Below, one piece after another: positions 45,771-59,043 of a stretch of DNA of 64,000 nucleotides (its first letter is position 1; each line of letters opens with the position of its first letter). The notes under the pieces are model-generated. The model had not been told where the DNA came from, did not search any database, and saw nothing but the letters and a program-made list of their open reading frames with translations. The stretch is from NCBI RefSeq assembly GCF_009914755.1, contig NC_060931.1; one strand, 5' to 3'. A program made the position numbers and the translations under genes. The DNA comes from the human T2T-CHM13v2.0 reference genome, Homo sapiens.

Positions 45771-46090
45771 GGCACTTTGCCTATCTCCTCCATGGTGCCT
45801 TTCACTTTCCCACACTTTACTTTTACTTGTATCTTTCCCTTATGTAAAATGACCTCCTCATCCTCATAATTTAACTAGCAATTTCTTTAATGAGGTGAGC
45901 AAGACACAGTGAAAAGAGAGAAGTTTTGAGTCACACAGATTTGTATTCTCATTCTAGAATGACCATTTACAAGTTGTATTACCTGAGTGAGTTACTCAGC
46001 CTATCTTGACCTTAGATTCCCTGGCAATCTGGGATTATTATAATATGATCCACAAGTGTGCTGTGAACCTTCAGGTACATGATTATACAT

Positions 46091-46130
46091 TCTCTTTCTA
46101 TCTCTGTCTCTGTCACTCTCTCTCTCTCTC

Positions 46131-46188
<58 letters not shown>

Positions 46189-46233
46189 TCTATATCTAAT
46201 CTCTGTCTCTCTAGATAGATGGATAGATAGATG

Positions 46234-46271
<38 letters not shown>

Positions 46272-46277
46272 CAGATA
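46091..46277. repeat. compound STR (TC)n(AC)16...(GATA)n
   Basis: Adjacent TC, CA and GATA/GGAT arrays. Confidence 0.98.
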
Positions 46278-48984
46278 TTCTTAATGGGTGATGCTAATGA
46301 TGTTAAAATCCGTTACTGGTAAATATAGGTATTTGGTAAATGCAAACGTGATATTCTTATAATTATTATAATTATTAGCTTAAATCCTGTTCTCACTCTG
46401 GCACCTTTTCTGACATCTGCAATCCAACTAATGCAATTTTCCAGAGAATGGTAAGAGATTGACCTCTGTGTATTGCGCATCCAGATCAATTTATTATTGA
46501 TATTGTTAGTATTTTACCTTGTCATCAACAAAGTATTTGAGTTATACTTTTATTTTTCCAGAGGACATGATATTTCATTCTTCACATGGGAGGGGTCACT
46601 CAGATATGATTTAGACTAGAAAGAACCAGCGAGGGCTAAGGGAAGCAGCTGAATATACTTTTCCTCTCACCCTGTTTATTTGCTGGACTTGACATTCAGA
46701 GTTAACAGTTCACTAAAAAGGTGTGAATGTAGGTCTGGCCATGACTGGCAAAAAAAAAAAAAAAAAAAAAAAAGGAAATACTAATAAAATAGACAAAATT
46801 TCACCAAGATTTTTAAAGAAAATAATTAAGTGTGGAGGGATGTATGAACATTATTAGAAATGGGAATGGGCAGAACAGTGATTCACTTGTGATATTAAAA
46901 TCTTAAGTAAATACAAAAAAATTGCTGATGATTTTAAAAATTTAGATAAAATGGATTTTTTTTTTTTAAAAAAACATAAATTGGCTCAAGATGAAATAGA
47001 AAATCTGAGGAACAATAATCACTAAAGAAATTAATTTAGGCTAAGAAGAAGAGTGAATTAAACCAGTAAAGTTTATAAGAAGTATCCTGGACAAGAGAAG
47101 AAACATAAAATTGGTCAAAATTAGAATTAGGAAAAATGTATTTTGGAGGAGAGATAATCTTGACCAGATAGGATCAGGGAGGTTCTTTTCAAGATGGATT
47201 AGACCTGGATAGTAAAGGAGTAGAGGGAACAGAGGAGATTTGCAGCAAATGCAGCAAAATGGTCACCTGTTTTAAATCAGGCATGCTTCTCCTACTATTT
47301 TTGTTACTTTTCTAGATATTTGAAATATTTCTAGGTTTAAAATTAAGTTTTTAAAAGGATGGATGAGGTGAGGCAGGGAGGGGGAGGCATGTAGAACTGT
47401 GAACAGAAAGACTCATCTGGAGTCGATTTTTGTTTAGAAGTGCAGGAGGAAAGTGAGCTAAAATTAAAGCCACAGAATTTTAGAGTATTATGGGAACCTC
47501 CCATTTCCCATTCCTGCTACCCTGACAGAGCTGCTTTTAATACCCTAGATGCTGAAAGCTTAGGAAGCTTTTTGATTTTTTGTGTTTTGTGTTTTGTTTT
47601 ATTTGTTTTGAGTGAAATCATTTTGGCCTTCCTTTTCTTGGTTATGGGAAATTGTTTCAGTGAAAATTTCCTACAGGCTGCTTAAAAGCCACGCACGGAA
47701 CAATGGGCCTTGTGGCAAGTGAATTGCGTGTGGGGAAGTACTTAGAGTTTAATGTGAGTTATTTTTATTTCCATTCATAGACATGTCTCAGTGAAGTTCA
47801 AATTATCCCTTGGACAATAGAAGGCAGTCTGTTAATTTAAAGCTAGACTTTTTTGGTTCCATAAAGCCAAATTTAGGATTGATTTCAAAAGCTAAATAAA
47901 CAACAGTCTACCTCCCTATTAAAAGTGAGTGTGTCAGGTTTCTGTGTACCTTAGTCTTTAAATAATGTCCACTTAGCATTTCTACAAGGGGCCTTAAATA
48001 TTTAGAAAGAGGCTATCCTTTACAATTATACCTTGTTTGTTAAAGGGACACTCAAAGGTTGGGGCTGTCTTAATCTTATTACTAAAATTCTGTAGGTGTC
48101 ACATTTATTTTAACAAATTAAAATAGAGGCTGGAAAAGTTAGGGTTATTGCAGGTGGTGTGATTGGAAATATTAAGAGGGAGCATCGTCTAGAATCCTTA
48201 GAGATATTGCTCAGCATCATTTTCCTACAATGCCATAAAATATTATTCTTAAAAATTGTCAGAGGAAACAAATGTTACACTTCCTAGGAGTGCTTCTGAA
48301 TTTTGACTCTTAAACAGAATCCCCTGTGGAGTTCTTAAAAAGTACACATATTGGGACCCTGTTTTGGAAATTCTGATTCAGTGGTCCAAGGGGACTGGGC
48401 CTGGGTGTGTATGCATGTGTGTTATGTGTGGTTTTGTGTGTGTGTGTATCTGTGTGTGGAAAGTTTCACAAGTTATTTTAAAGTATATCTTGAGGATCAA
48501 GGGCTAGTACAATAGACTACATTTCATTTCTGTTGAAATTCATTATTTAAGAACTGTACTCTGGAGATTTACCATGTCAGGCTGTAACAAGGCTATTGCT
48601 TTCAAGATGGCAAGGTAAAGTCTTAGCCGAACTGTTGTATGGAGGAGCGTGTCATTTCTGATACCAAAGGACACTATGCAGGCCAATCAGCAACACAATT
48701 ACCTATGTATTTATTAAATAGTTTCATATTTTAGTTTGAAATTTTTCATTTAACATAATTTAACAAAATAAGACAAAACTTCCACTGAGTTAAATACACA
48801 AGTATTCAGACATTTAATAGTATTCTGACTCAATATGATGGTCAATGTGATTTACCAAAAAATTTCAGTAAAAATGATAATATCGTAATTTTACAAGGTG
48901 GATTTAAATTGATACTTGCACTGTTTGACTTTCTACCAAAATAGGAGTACCTGGTAAAATGCTGTGGTGTATGGAGACAGTTAT

Positions 48985-49180
48985 GAGAAACTGGAGGGAG
49001 GATGATAGTTGAGGTAAGTTCAGGCTTTGAGTCACGGTTCTTCCACCAGCTGTGTGACCTGGCAAATAGTTTAACCTTAAAATAGGGCTAATTTTTAGCA
49101 ACTTCACACATTATCTCACTTAATACTCAACTTGACTAGGTAATTTTGAGTATTTAATGAGATAATGTGTGAAAATGCAA
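48985..49180 (+). mobile_element. MIR
   Basis: caggctttgagtcac...ccaccagctgtgtgacctggcaaatagtttaacct...atgagataatg. Confidence 0.7.
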
Positions 49181-49907
49181 CATAAAAATTAAAGCAGTAT
49201 AATTAATTGTTTGGAGTGGACTCCCTTTGCACTTCTTCTCTATTGGAATTAATGCATGTATGGGACTATCATGTGGTAATTTTGTGCATATAGATTGTGG
49301 AATTGCAGAATAAATGAATTATGGCAGACATTTTCACATTTATATTTTTAGTGACCTAAGGCTTCAAAAAAAAAAAAAAACTAGATACCTCCCCACTCTT
49401 ATGGGAAGGAGAGAATTCTTTGTTAGAGTATTCTCAAGTTTGATTATTTTTTCCTGAGATTGGATTTCTTTGATATTATTTATGATCACAACAAAGATAC
49501 ATTTTATGTATCGGAAACTTGACATTGCCAAGACATATTAGACTTTTTAAACATGTTACCTTTTTAAACACTCAACCACTGTTCTCCCAAGGCCGTTACC
49601 TTATTTCAGAGAAAGCCTAAAGCCTTTAATTTTACCTCAAAAAGTTTTGATCTGTAGAATTTCATGTTGATACCATTAACATTTGATGCCATTTTTCTAT
49701 GTGAGAAAAATTTAGGAGGTAGCTACCTTCTTTTGAAAGCCTATATATTGGCCTAGTAGTTGATTCTGTTTTAAATTATGTTTTGATAAATTATAATATT
49801 TTGAAATTACACTTTTTATTCTATTAGGAAGGATGTAGGGACAAGCCAGTCTTTTTATATGGTTTCTAGCTGAGTAGATTGTCCTGCCAATGACTCTCAA
49901 AGTGTCA

Positions 49908-49977
49908 TTCCCTTCCCTTCCCTTCCCTTCCCTTCCCTTCCCTTCCCTTCCCTTCCCTTCCCTTCCCTTCCCTTCCC
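49908..49977. repeat. (TTCCC)14 = (AAGGG)n pentanucleotide repeat
   Basis: 14 perfect units followed by a degenerate pyrimidine tract to about 50022. Confidence 0.99.
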
Positions 49978-50019
49978 TTGCCTTCCCTTCCTTCTTTCCT
50001 TGTTTCCTTCTTTCCTTTC

Positions 50020-50230
50020 TTCTACAAATATTTACCGAGGGACATTGTGTGCCAGGTACTATAATAGGCACTGGCACTGGGAGTAGATGTGAATAAGAAA
50101 CACAAACTCCCCACTCATACAGAATTTACATTTTAGTGAGGAATATGGACAATAAATAGGCTAAAAAACTTATAAGATGATTACAGAAATGAAAAGAACT
50201 ACGCAGGTATTGGCAGGATGCTGTAGAAGG
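50020..50230 (-). mobile_element. L2 3' end
   Basis: acaaatatttaccgagggacattgtgtgccaggtact...ggcactggg...gtgaataaga. Confidence 0.85.
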
Positions 50231-53200
50231 GTGGAGGGATAGTATAGATGAGCTCATCTGATTGCATTCAGCACAGGATATATAGTTAGTTTATTAATAT
50301 TCCCAATAGCTTGGAAGCAAAGAGGAGTTGATATTCCCCCCTCCCCACCTTCTCCGTATATTCTCCTCTCTAACTTGATTTTCCATTTTAGGCTGCTCTT
50401 GATTTTTTACTTGAATTAGATTCTATCCTGGAAATTGTTTTAAGGGATAGAGGTCAAGGTGTTAATTTTTACCCTTGATTGTCACTGTTAAGAGACAATG
50501 CCCCTAAGTTTCACACTCCTTTACGCAGACCAGGCTTAAAAATTCCAGGTTTCTAATCAGCGGTGATAATTGTGTTTAGCCAATATATTAAAGACTGCTA
50601 AATATTTGGAATTTTACATGGGAAAAATACTTCAGTTAGCATGTTTATCCCACAAGTTCTCCTGATTCCTTGTTGCCGATTTTGATGGGTGAATTTACTT
50701 GGGTCAAAGGTTATCATTGTGTTGTAAAACACATTTTTGTTTTTTTTGGTTTACTTGTTTGTTTGTTCATTTCTTTTTGACTTACAATGTAATACCTTCT
50801 CTCCCAATACCGATTGCTCCCCACCCTTGCCCCAGAATTCAGTCTTCTGAGTGAGAGAAATCCACTCTATGTTGGAAAAAAAAAGATCATCGTCGACTCC
50901 TATCTTTAGGCAGATACAAAAGGGTATTGAGAGAATAGATTTAGGGTGCATGAGAATAGGTGATTAAGGGATATAATGGATGTGAATGGAAATAGAAGGC
51001 ACACAGCTTTTAAATGGGTGAAGATGTGTGGACGAGAGAATACGGGGGCAGAAGGGAGTGGTCCTTGTATATTAGTGGTCATATAGTTTTTGTTTTTCAA
51101 AGAAAGGAAATTGACATTGACATATTAGCACTAAGTTACCTAAGAACTTTGTTGGTAAAAATCCACTGTATTTTCAACTCAGAATGCACTGAGAGGCATC
51201 AAATGCTTTTTTATTACAGAAAGAAAAACATGTCACAAAATCTTGAAGGGGCAATCTGAAATCAAAGCTCTTCATTAAGGCAAATCAGCATAGGGATTAT
51301 TCCCTAGGCAAATTTTTGGGAGATGGATCGTACACTTTATTCACTGTTTTAGGAAAATGTAATCACCCCTACCTCCTGAGAAAACATTTAGCTTCCCATC
51401 CTCCCAGTGTTAGTGGGTGTCTTTGAGAATGCAAAATTCTTTTAATGTTAACTAAACCAGACATCATTCAGAAATGCAATCTGCTTTTTAAAATTCATGT
51501 AATATATGGAAAAATTAAAATATAAGTGATTTTTAAACATTCTGCCATATGGAAATACATTCTCTATGACATCCCTTCTCCATTGCCTGATAACAAAAAG
51601 CCAGTTGTAGTGAAATTTACATCAGAGTTTGAAAGACAGAAATTCCACATTCCTGAGTGTTATTGACCCTATTGGTAGTATTAAATCAGTCAGGAGGGCC
51701 AGAGAAGGGGCTGGCCTGTGGTGTCATTTTAACAATGTCACAAAGTAGCAGCCTCCCAAACCAGGTATTGTCTGTGTATTTCATCCTAAGAAGCGGGAGC
51801 TGGCAAGATCCTGACCCTCATTGATTCAGCCACATCATCTTACAGATGAGGGATCTGAAACCCACTGAGGTTCGGAGATTTGTCCAAGGTTTAAATACCC
51901 AACCTGAAATTCCAAGTTTATTCTAAAGTAAATTTGTATTACAGGGTGTTATGATTCATTTCTAAACCCGAATCCTAGAAGTCATCCCTTGTAGCTTCTA
52001 CTTATGAGTATTTTCCACAACTGCTTCAAAGGGCTGTCCTTCTTCAACTAACAGTATTTCAAAATAAGCAAAAACTATTTAAAGCACAACTCAGAAAAAC
52101 ATAGACTAGCATGATTTAATAATGAACAATATCAGTTTTTCAATTGATTCCATATTTTTCTCAGATTTTAACTGATGTCTTTGTATTTTCCATGTAGAAA
52201 AGAAGGTATGCTTAATGTGAACATTGTGAAACAAAATAAGATTTTGTTCTTGGGAAACCCTTTTACTTCAAATTTCAGAAAGTAAAGCACTGCCTTAGAG
52301 TTGAGTTTGTTTATTTTTGTTTTGTTTTTGTTTCTTTTTGTCTTTTATAGCTTACAACATTTGCCTTTTTTTTTAACCTGGAAACATTGTGATGGACTTT
52401 ATAGTTCCTTAGATTGGACAAGTGGAAAGATACAGGATTGTGCGTATGAGCCTTTGCTCAACCCAGTGCTTGAGCTGTGTTAGCCCATTGAATTCTTTAA
52501 GATATATTTCAGTCATAATTTTACATTTAAATATGGTTAAACTAAGTTTAGCCAATTCTGATGCATTTTTAAAAAGAATGTGCTGTTGAGCTAAGACTCT
52601 ATATGCTGTATTTTAGCCCCAAGCAGATTTTTATGACAAAGTAATAAACCCCTGGAAACATGTTTATAATGGAAAATGCAACTTGACCTTAACTAGAGGA
52701 ACCCAAATGCACCTTACAAAAAGGCTCATTTTTTTTTTGAAACATACGAAATCCCTTTCTCCCAGAGGTGGTGTCACAGGAGAAAGGTGTATAATAATAG
52801 TTGTATTTACCATAAATACCTAACATATTTTATGATGATTTGATTGTATTAAAAAATTTCACCTTATAGATTTTAATAAAGCTGCCTATGGGCAAAGTTA
52901 TTGCAGTTGGATTTCTTTTCCTTTGCCCACTGCTCTGTGTGGAAAGAAGCAAGCAACCCTTATAAAAGGCTTTAGTTTTTAGTACCTGGTTAATAAAAAA
53001 TAATTTCCTCTCCTTTGGACTTGTTCATGAAGCTGAAAAATGACTCTGCAGGTCAGTGGTGTGTGGCAAAGCTAATTTCTATAAGCTTTTTATCAGGTGG
53101 TACTGAGTAAAACAATATGGGAAACTGAAAAACCCACCCTTCTGTACCAGATTTACAAGGGTGAGGGTTATCCCCAGTGTCACAAAAAGAAAAAAAATGA

Positions 53201-53750
53201 CACTTTTTCTTCCCAATTTCTGGTACAGTAACGAAAAATTCTGTGTTATAAAAGGTACGAAAGGAAGAACTAAATTGTATGGAGGTGTTCAGCTAAATTT
53301 AGATTTTAAAATTCGGACACAAATGGCACTCATTGTTTAAAGCACAGTAAAACTCAACTTTCATTTGTTGTTTTGTCGACAAGGGAATCTCATAGTAATA
53401 GGCTAAATGAGGCAAGGCACATCATAGCAACCAGGAAAGTGATTGTCATTCAAATAAATATGCAAGGCTTCTTTTCCCCAAGCATCACATTTTCTCAGAG
53501 GAGTACTAGGAAGACATTCTAATCAAGAGAACTGGAGCTGCTTCCCTTGAGGTTCAGCAGAGTGTTTGCTGTGTGCTTTGCAGAGCATGATAGAGAAATA
53601 TCACATCCCTCCTGTCTCTCCAAGATATTCACAGGCCACATTCCAGGAAAGAAGCTGGAGCAGGGCTGCATAAGGCTCCCAGGCACCTGTGTAGCTGGCA
53701 AATCTGCTCCCAGCAAGCTTGAAGTCACATTCTTTTCTTTAGTTTTTCAG

Positions 53751-53915
53751 GCTGGGGAACAGCGAGGATGCACAGCAGCAATGTATGCTTAGGAGGTCAC
53801 AGAACCCTTCTTTACTGTCCTTGTGTCAGGGTACCTAGGGCCTTCTTACACTGGCCTATTCGCATCAGAGCCCAAAGGAAAAGTCAGAAACCACAGGAAT
53901 TTGGAGAGGTTATGG
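53751..53915 (+). other. candidate cassette exon (165 nt)
   Basis: ttcttttctttagtttttcAG| ... TGG|GTGAGT, both sites strong. Multiple of 3 and open in phase 1 (WGTARMHSSNVCLGGHR...PQEFGEVM). Confidence 0.5.
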
Positions 53916-55929
53916 GTGAGTCTTTCTTTTATGATTTCTATTTTAGCAGCTAGCATGGAGACTTGTAGCTGACAACATTAGATGGAAGAAGTACCATGCT
54001 ACTTTGGAGTCATGTCTTAGATGAAGGTAAAGAGAGAAAAATAATTATAAGGACTTTGGAAGATACAGACTGTTTTCCCTTATTTAGTTTAGTTTAATAA
54101 AGGTAAAAGCATGCGATGTGTAGGTGTGAGAGAGGTTTTGGATTGTAAGGGTAGAAATACGTAAAATTTCCAACATAACTGCTGTTCAACAGCTGTATCA
54201 ATGATTTGGAGAGTGATTGACAGGGAAGAGGACATGTTTTACTACAATACTGAAGTGGAAGACAGAGATCAAGATGGGTGTGGTCTCAGACAAGCATGTT
54301 GCTGTAGAAACTGGGGGTTGGCAGTATTCCCTCCCACCAGATGACTTCTTGGTTTCACTGTGAAGTTGGACATGGGGTCATCCATTGAGAGGATAGCCGG
54401 GAGGTATGAATGGGAACTTGAAAAGACTGGATGAGGAAGGTGGACAGTTTCTGGAATGGGAGCAGATGCTGAAAAGTGGCACTTAGAAAAGTTGAGAACC
54501 CTGCATCAATTTATACATGCAATTATGTGAGTCAAATAGAGGAGGATGAAGATGAATTAGGACTCTACTGGATAGGAGAGGCAGAGGAACAAGAAAGTAG
54601 ATGTACGATGAAAGCCATGAATCCTGAGGCCCAGAAAAGGAGGAACAGACTACAGTGACATTCCCCTTCAAAAACTGGAGATTGAATCCTGCAAACCACG
54701 TCTGCATTTTGTGAAACTTACTTTCCTCTTAGGTTTTCTTTAATGGATTGAGGCCTGAGTGTTTAGATTGAGCTATCAGAAGCTAAATAAACAGTAGTGT
54801 AATTTGCATAAGCTAGTCTCAGATGCCTTAGTTGTGGTATAAAAACGCTTGGGAAACTCATCTAAATTTAATCTTTTGTAGGCTGTTTATGGGCTTTCTG
54901 GAGAAAATAAGTCTTCCTACTTTTTGTTCAGCTTTCATTACTTTTAATCATTTTGGTCATGGCATGTCAAAGGTTTTCTCTTTGAAAAGTGCTTTTAGTT
55001 GGTATTTTTAATGAAGTGTTATCCACTTAAAGTGTGATATAATTGTGATATTACAGCTAGCAGGGAACAAAACAGCTTGATAGTCACTTCCAGGGCTCCT
55101 TGAGAAAAACTTATACTCAAGGAAAGGTCAGCTCCTCTCTACTCTGTATACATCTTTTGGGCTCACTTTTGCACAGCTGCTTTGCATGATTCTATGGCTG
55201 TTTGCCTCATTTGAAGATGCAGTTGGGAAGAGGAGCAAAGAGTGGCTATGCTGGTGGTTGGGGTGGCCATATTCTGCAAAACACCGCATTCTTCTGGGAG
55301 CTTTGCACTTTGCATGATAAGACTTAATCTGTCCCTTTCAATCATAAAGTGGCAGAGCTAGGGTATACTGTGGTGATCATCATGGTGGTGATCATGGTAT
55401 TCATGATGGAGAATAACCTCAATGCCTCAGCAGAACTGGATAGGTAATTTTCTCTTGTTATAATTGTGCTCAACAACCTGCATTGGTTTTTGCCTCAGTT
55501 ACATCATGTATAGAGTAAACTTAAATGCATGAGCTTTCAAAAAAACCCATGCTCTAGTCCTAGCCTCGTTTTTATTTTTCTTCCATATTCTGCTACGTAC
55601 AGCTCTCTTGGCCAGAGTTACTACTCATAGTTCACAATCTGGTGTTACCTGCCTCTGGTATTTTTTTATACAGGCAGTTTCTCTGGCCCTCTTTCCATTT
55701 TCTTCTATCAAAATTATACTCATTCTGAGAAACACAATTCGAATATAACTTTTGTTGATATTCTCAATCTGTTGTTCCCTTTTTCAGCTCCCACTGGCCT
55801 TTATTTGCACACTGCTTTGTGGCACTTCTCATATCCACTTCCTGATTTATGACTGTTTTTATACTTGTTTCATTCTTTTCTCAATAATCTATTTTGTAAA
55901 TGCCTTCAGTACCTTTTTGAGAAAGGAAA

Positions 55930-56550
55930 CAACTAATATTTGTTAGGCACTGATCTTGAGTTAAACACCATGGTTGACTTGGAGGGGGTGGATACAATGA
56001 AAAATAAGACTTATATCCCTGTTCTTCAGTTCTCAAGGATCTTGTAGTCTAACCAGAAGTAGGACGGGTTAACAGATATATCAATATAATATAATAGGCA
56101 TAAAAATACAGTAAGCTCAAATTGTTCTGGAAAACAGAGTAAGCTGTCTATCCTGGGATGGAGAGCTCAACAAAGGCCTCCTAAAGGAATGAAATGAAGT
56201 AAATCTTAAAGACTGAGTAGGAATCTTTAAGCCAGAAAAGGAGGAGGTTCTGATCTGAGGAAAGAGCCTGTGCAAAGGCATGAGACAGTGTGGGGGATAG
56301 AGAAGCCATTAACTTCTCACTATCAATGTAGTATAAAGTAAAAGACTGAGTGAGGTGGGTGGTGAGCTGGGAGTGTAAAACAGGGACCAGTTCATGGAGG
56401 GTTTTGATTGCCAAGCTAAGGAGCTGGACTTTTATCATGAATGTATCGGAGTGCCCTCAGAAGGTTTCAGGCAAGTGAGAGGCATGATAAGATTTCTGGG
56501 TTGGAGAACTCACTCTGGTAGCAGTGTGAATAATGAACATAGAGGTGAGA
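55930..56550 (-). mobile_element. L2
   Basis: aatatttgttaggcactga...agcctgtgcaaaggcatgag...gccaagctaaggagctggactttatc...atcactctggtagcagtgtg. Confidence 0.85.
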
Positions 56551-57509
56551 GACTGGTTCATATGTGGTATTGCTGATGGTTGGGATGAATTTTGTATGTA
56601 AAACAGTTGAATGAAAGGTTGCTTTCAGGCACTTCTTTACTGGCTAGGCACCTCTTTTAAGAACAGACTCAATAAAAAGCCATATACATTATATTACCCT
56701 TCAGAGAAAATTTTGGGTGGCATAGCAAATCTAAAAAAAATCCACAGGAAATCTGATGTTCTAAACAGAGCGATTATATAAAACGCTGGCTGTGGCTTAA
56801 GCAAACGCAATCACAGAATTGCCTAGCTGTGAGTCAGAGTCGGCTTGATCCTGAAAAGTCCCTTGCTTGATAGTAAATTAGTGGCTTAGGGAAATATGTT
56901 TACATTTCATTTCATATTGTACATCTGATTGCATGTTTTGAGAATTGGATATAAAATATCTTTATTTACAGATTTGGAGCTGGGAATTATATTGACTGTG
57001 TGTACATACAGACTTAAATTTCCCAGTTAAGTGTATAAATACAGTGAGGTATATACTTACATAGCAAGATAATGCTAATTTGCCATTTTATCTCAAATAG
57101 AAACATATCCAAGATATAATAATGGAATTCAGTGACTCTTACGGTAAAGTCATCATTACTATAGAATGGCATACTAGGTCTTATGATTTGATCAATACTA
57201 ATTTATTGGGGGAAGGCAGAACAGGTTTAACTATTTTTAACTATTTCTTTCCATGTACTTCCATATTTCTTTCTATCATAAAATCGAAACACGCTGTTGC
57301 ACTTGTTATTTTCCTGGGTCTTTTTTCTATATTCAAAAATACACCTGCTGTGTATTTGGTTGTAGCATCAGAGTCTAGCACAGTGCCTAGTCCTAGTAAT
57401 TTCTCCATGTATATTTGTGAGAATGAAATGGCAAAATGAATAATGAGTAAATGAAAATAAATAAATGCATAAACAAATACGTAAATGAACCCTAGGTAGG
57501 CTTGGCTCA

Positions 57510-57910
57510 CTCATAAACATTTATTGAGTAGCTACTATGTCCAAGGTTCTGATCTGGTACACCATGGTGAGCAAGGCAAAAACAGTTCTTGCCTTTTGAG
57601 TTCTTGCTTTATAGATCAAGACATATGTTAATCAAATAGTTATAGAAGAAAATATGTAATTAAGACATATTGTAAACATTGGGAAAGAAAAGTAGAACTT
57701 GCTATGAGTCTATTTAATGGAGAGACTTAATCTACCCTGGGTAGGGCAGGGTAAATAAGCTTCTGTGAAGCAGTAGTCTGCAAGCTCAGACCTGAATGAG
57801 TTAGCATTAGTTCCATGAAGAGGGGCGAGACCTTGTAGGCAGCAGAAGAGTCTTTTAGAGCTCTCGAGGAGGCTAGGAATGCGGCATGTTGGAGAAACTG
57901 ACAGGCCAAT
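57510..57910 (-). mobile_element. L2
   Basis: aacatttattgagtagctactatgtccaagg...ggtgagcaag...aagctcagacctgaatgagt. Confidence 0.85.
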
Positions 57911-58473
57911 GCAGAAAAGAAAAGGGGAGTTGACCTTAATCAGAAATCAATAAGGATGAGGCAATACGTATCTTCAAATTTCTTCTTTGACCACATGTAC
58001 TTGTCATATAAAAATACAAATATAATGTCGTGTAATGCAATGATGTTATATTCATATTTAATATCTAGTTAGTCCACCAAAAGGTATCTATTGATTGACA
58101 AGTTGAAAGCCAGCAAAAATGTAAGAGGCATCCTGTCTTTAAGAGGTATATAACATACATAGGCAGGACAAATGTAATGTTTTTTTTAAAGGGAAAAATA
58201 ATAAATCATGTAAACGATTTATCCTGAATGAAAGAGCAATGTCACATTAGAAGAAGGAGAATGAGAATAGGTTGTATATTGGAGAATTATGCTAGGATTA
58301 CGCTAGACTGTAAGTTCTACAGGGTAAGGGCTGTGTCTAACTTGTTTCCAGTGCTTAGTGCCTAGGCAGGTATATAATATAATTACTAATGTTGAATTGA
58401 TTTTACTTCACTTTGTATTCTTGAAATTAGGGTTTCTTATACTATTAATAGTTAAGCTTAGAAACACAAAATA

Positions 58474-59043
58474 CAGTAAATCTTCACTTAATCATTGATA
58501 GGTCTTGGAAACTGCAACTTTAAGAGAAACGTTGTATAACAAAATCAGTTTTACCATAGGCTAATTGATATAAACAATAGTTAAGTTTCTACAGTATATT
58601 TATGGTCACAAAAATCACCAAACTTCTAAATACTTCTAATATTAACTATTGAAATAAATGTAAGCTATATGTAGAAATGTATAAAAAGAAAGATTAATAA
58701 AAAGAAGTACGATTATTGTTTATCTGATTATTCTACTTCAGGGTTGTGGGTGTCCAGAGCTCACCCCAGCAGCTCAGGGAACCAGCCCTGGGCAGGACGC
58801 CATCCCATTGCAGGGTGCACTCACACACACCCTCGCACTTACTTAGATGGGGACTATGTGGACACACCAATTCACCGAACATGTGCAACTTTGGGCTGTG
58901 GGAGCAAACAGGAGGACCCAGAGAAAGCCCGCGCAGATAAAGGGAGCATGCGCAAACTCCATATAGATAGTGGCCCCCGGCAGGGAATTGATTTTTTTCT
59001 TCATCAAAGTTATAACAAAACAACATTATTTGAGGACATGCTG
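58474..59043 (+). mobile_element. MER82 (TcMar-Tigger) near full-length
   Basis: TA|cagtaaatcttcacttaa...ttatttgaggacatgctg|TA. Internal gaaccagccctgggcaggacgccatcccattgcagggtgcactcacacacacc. Confidence 0.88.

Noticed and set aside
49712-50096. ORFs with REGKG / FPSLP repeats, and CVCV/HTHT ORFs at 3069, 43848 and 46001
   Set aside because: Microsatellite translation artefacts.
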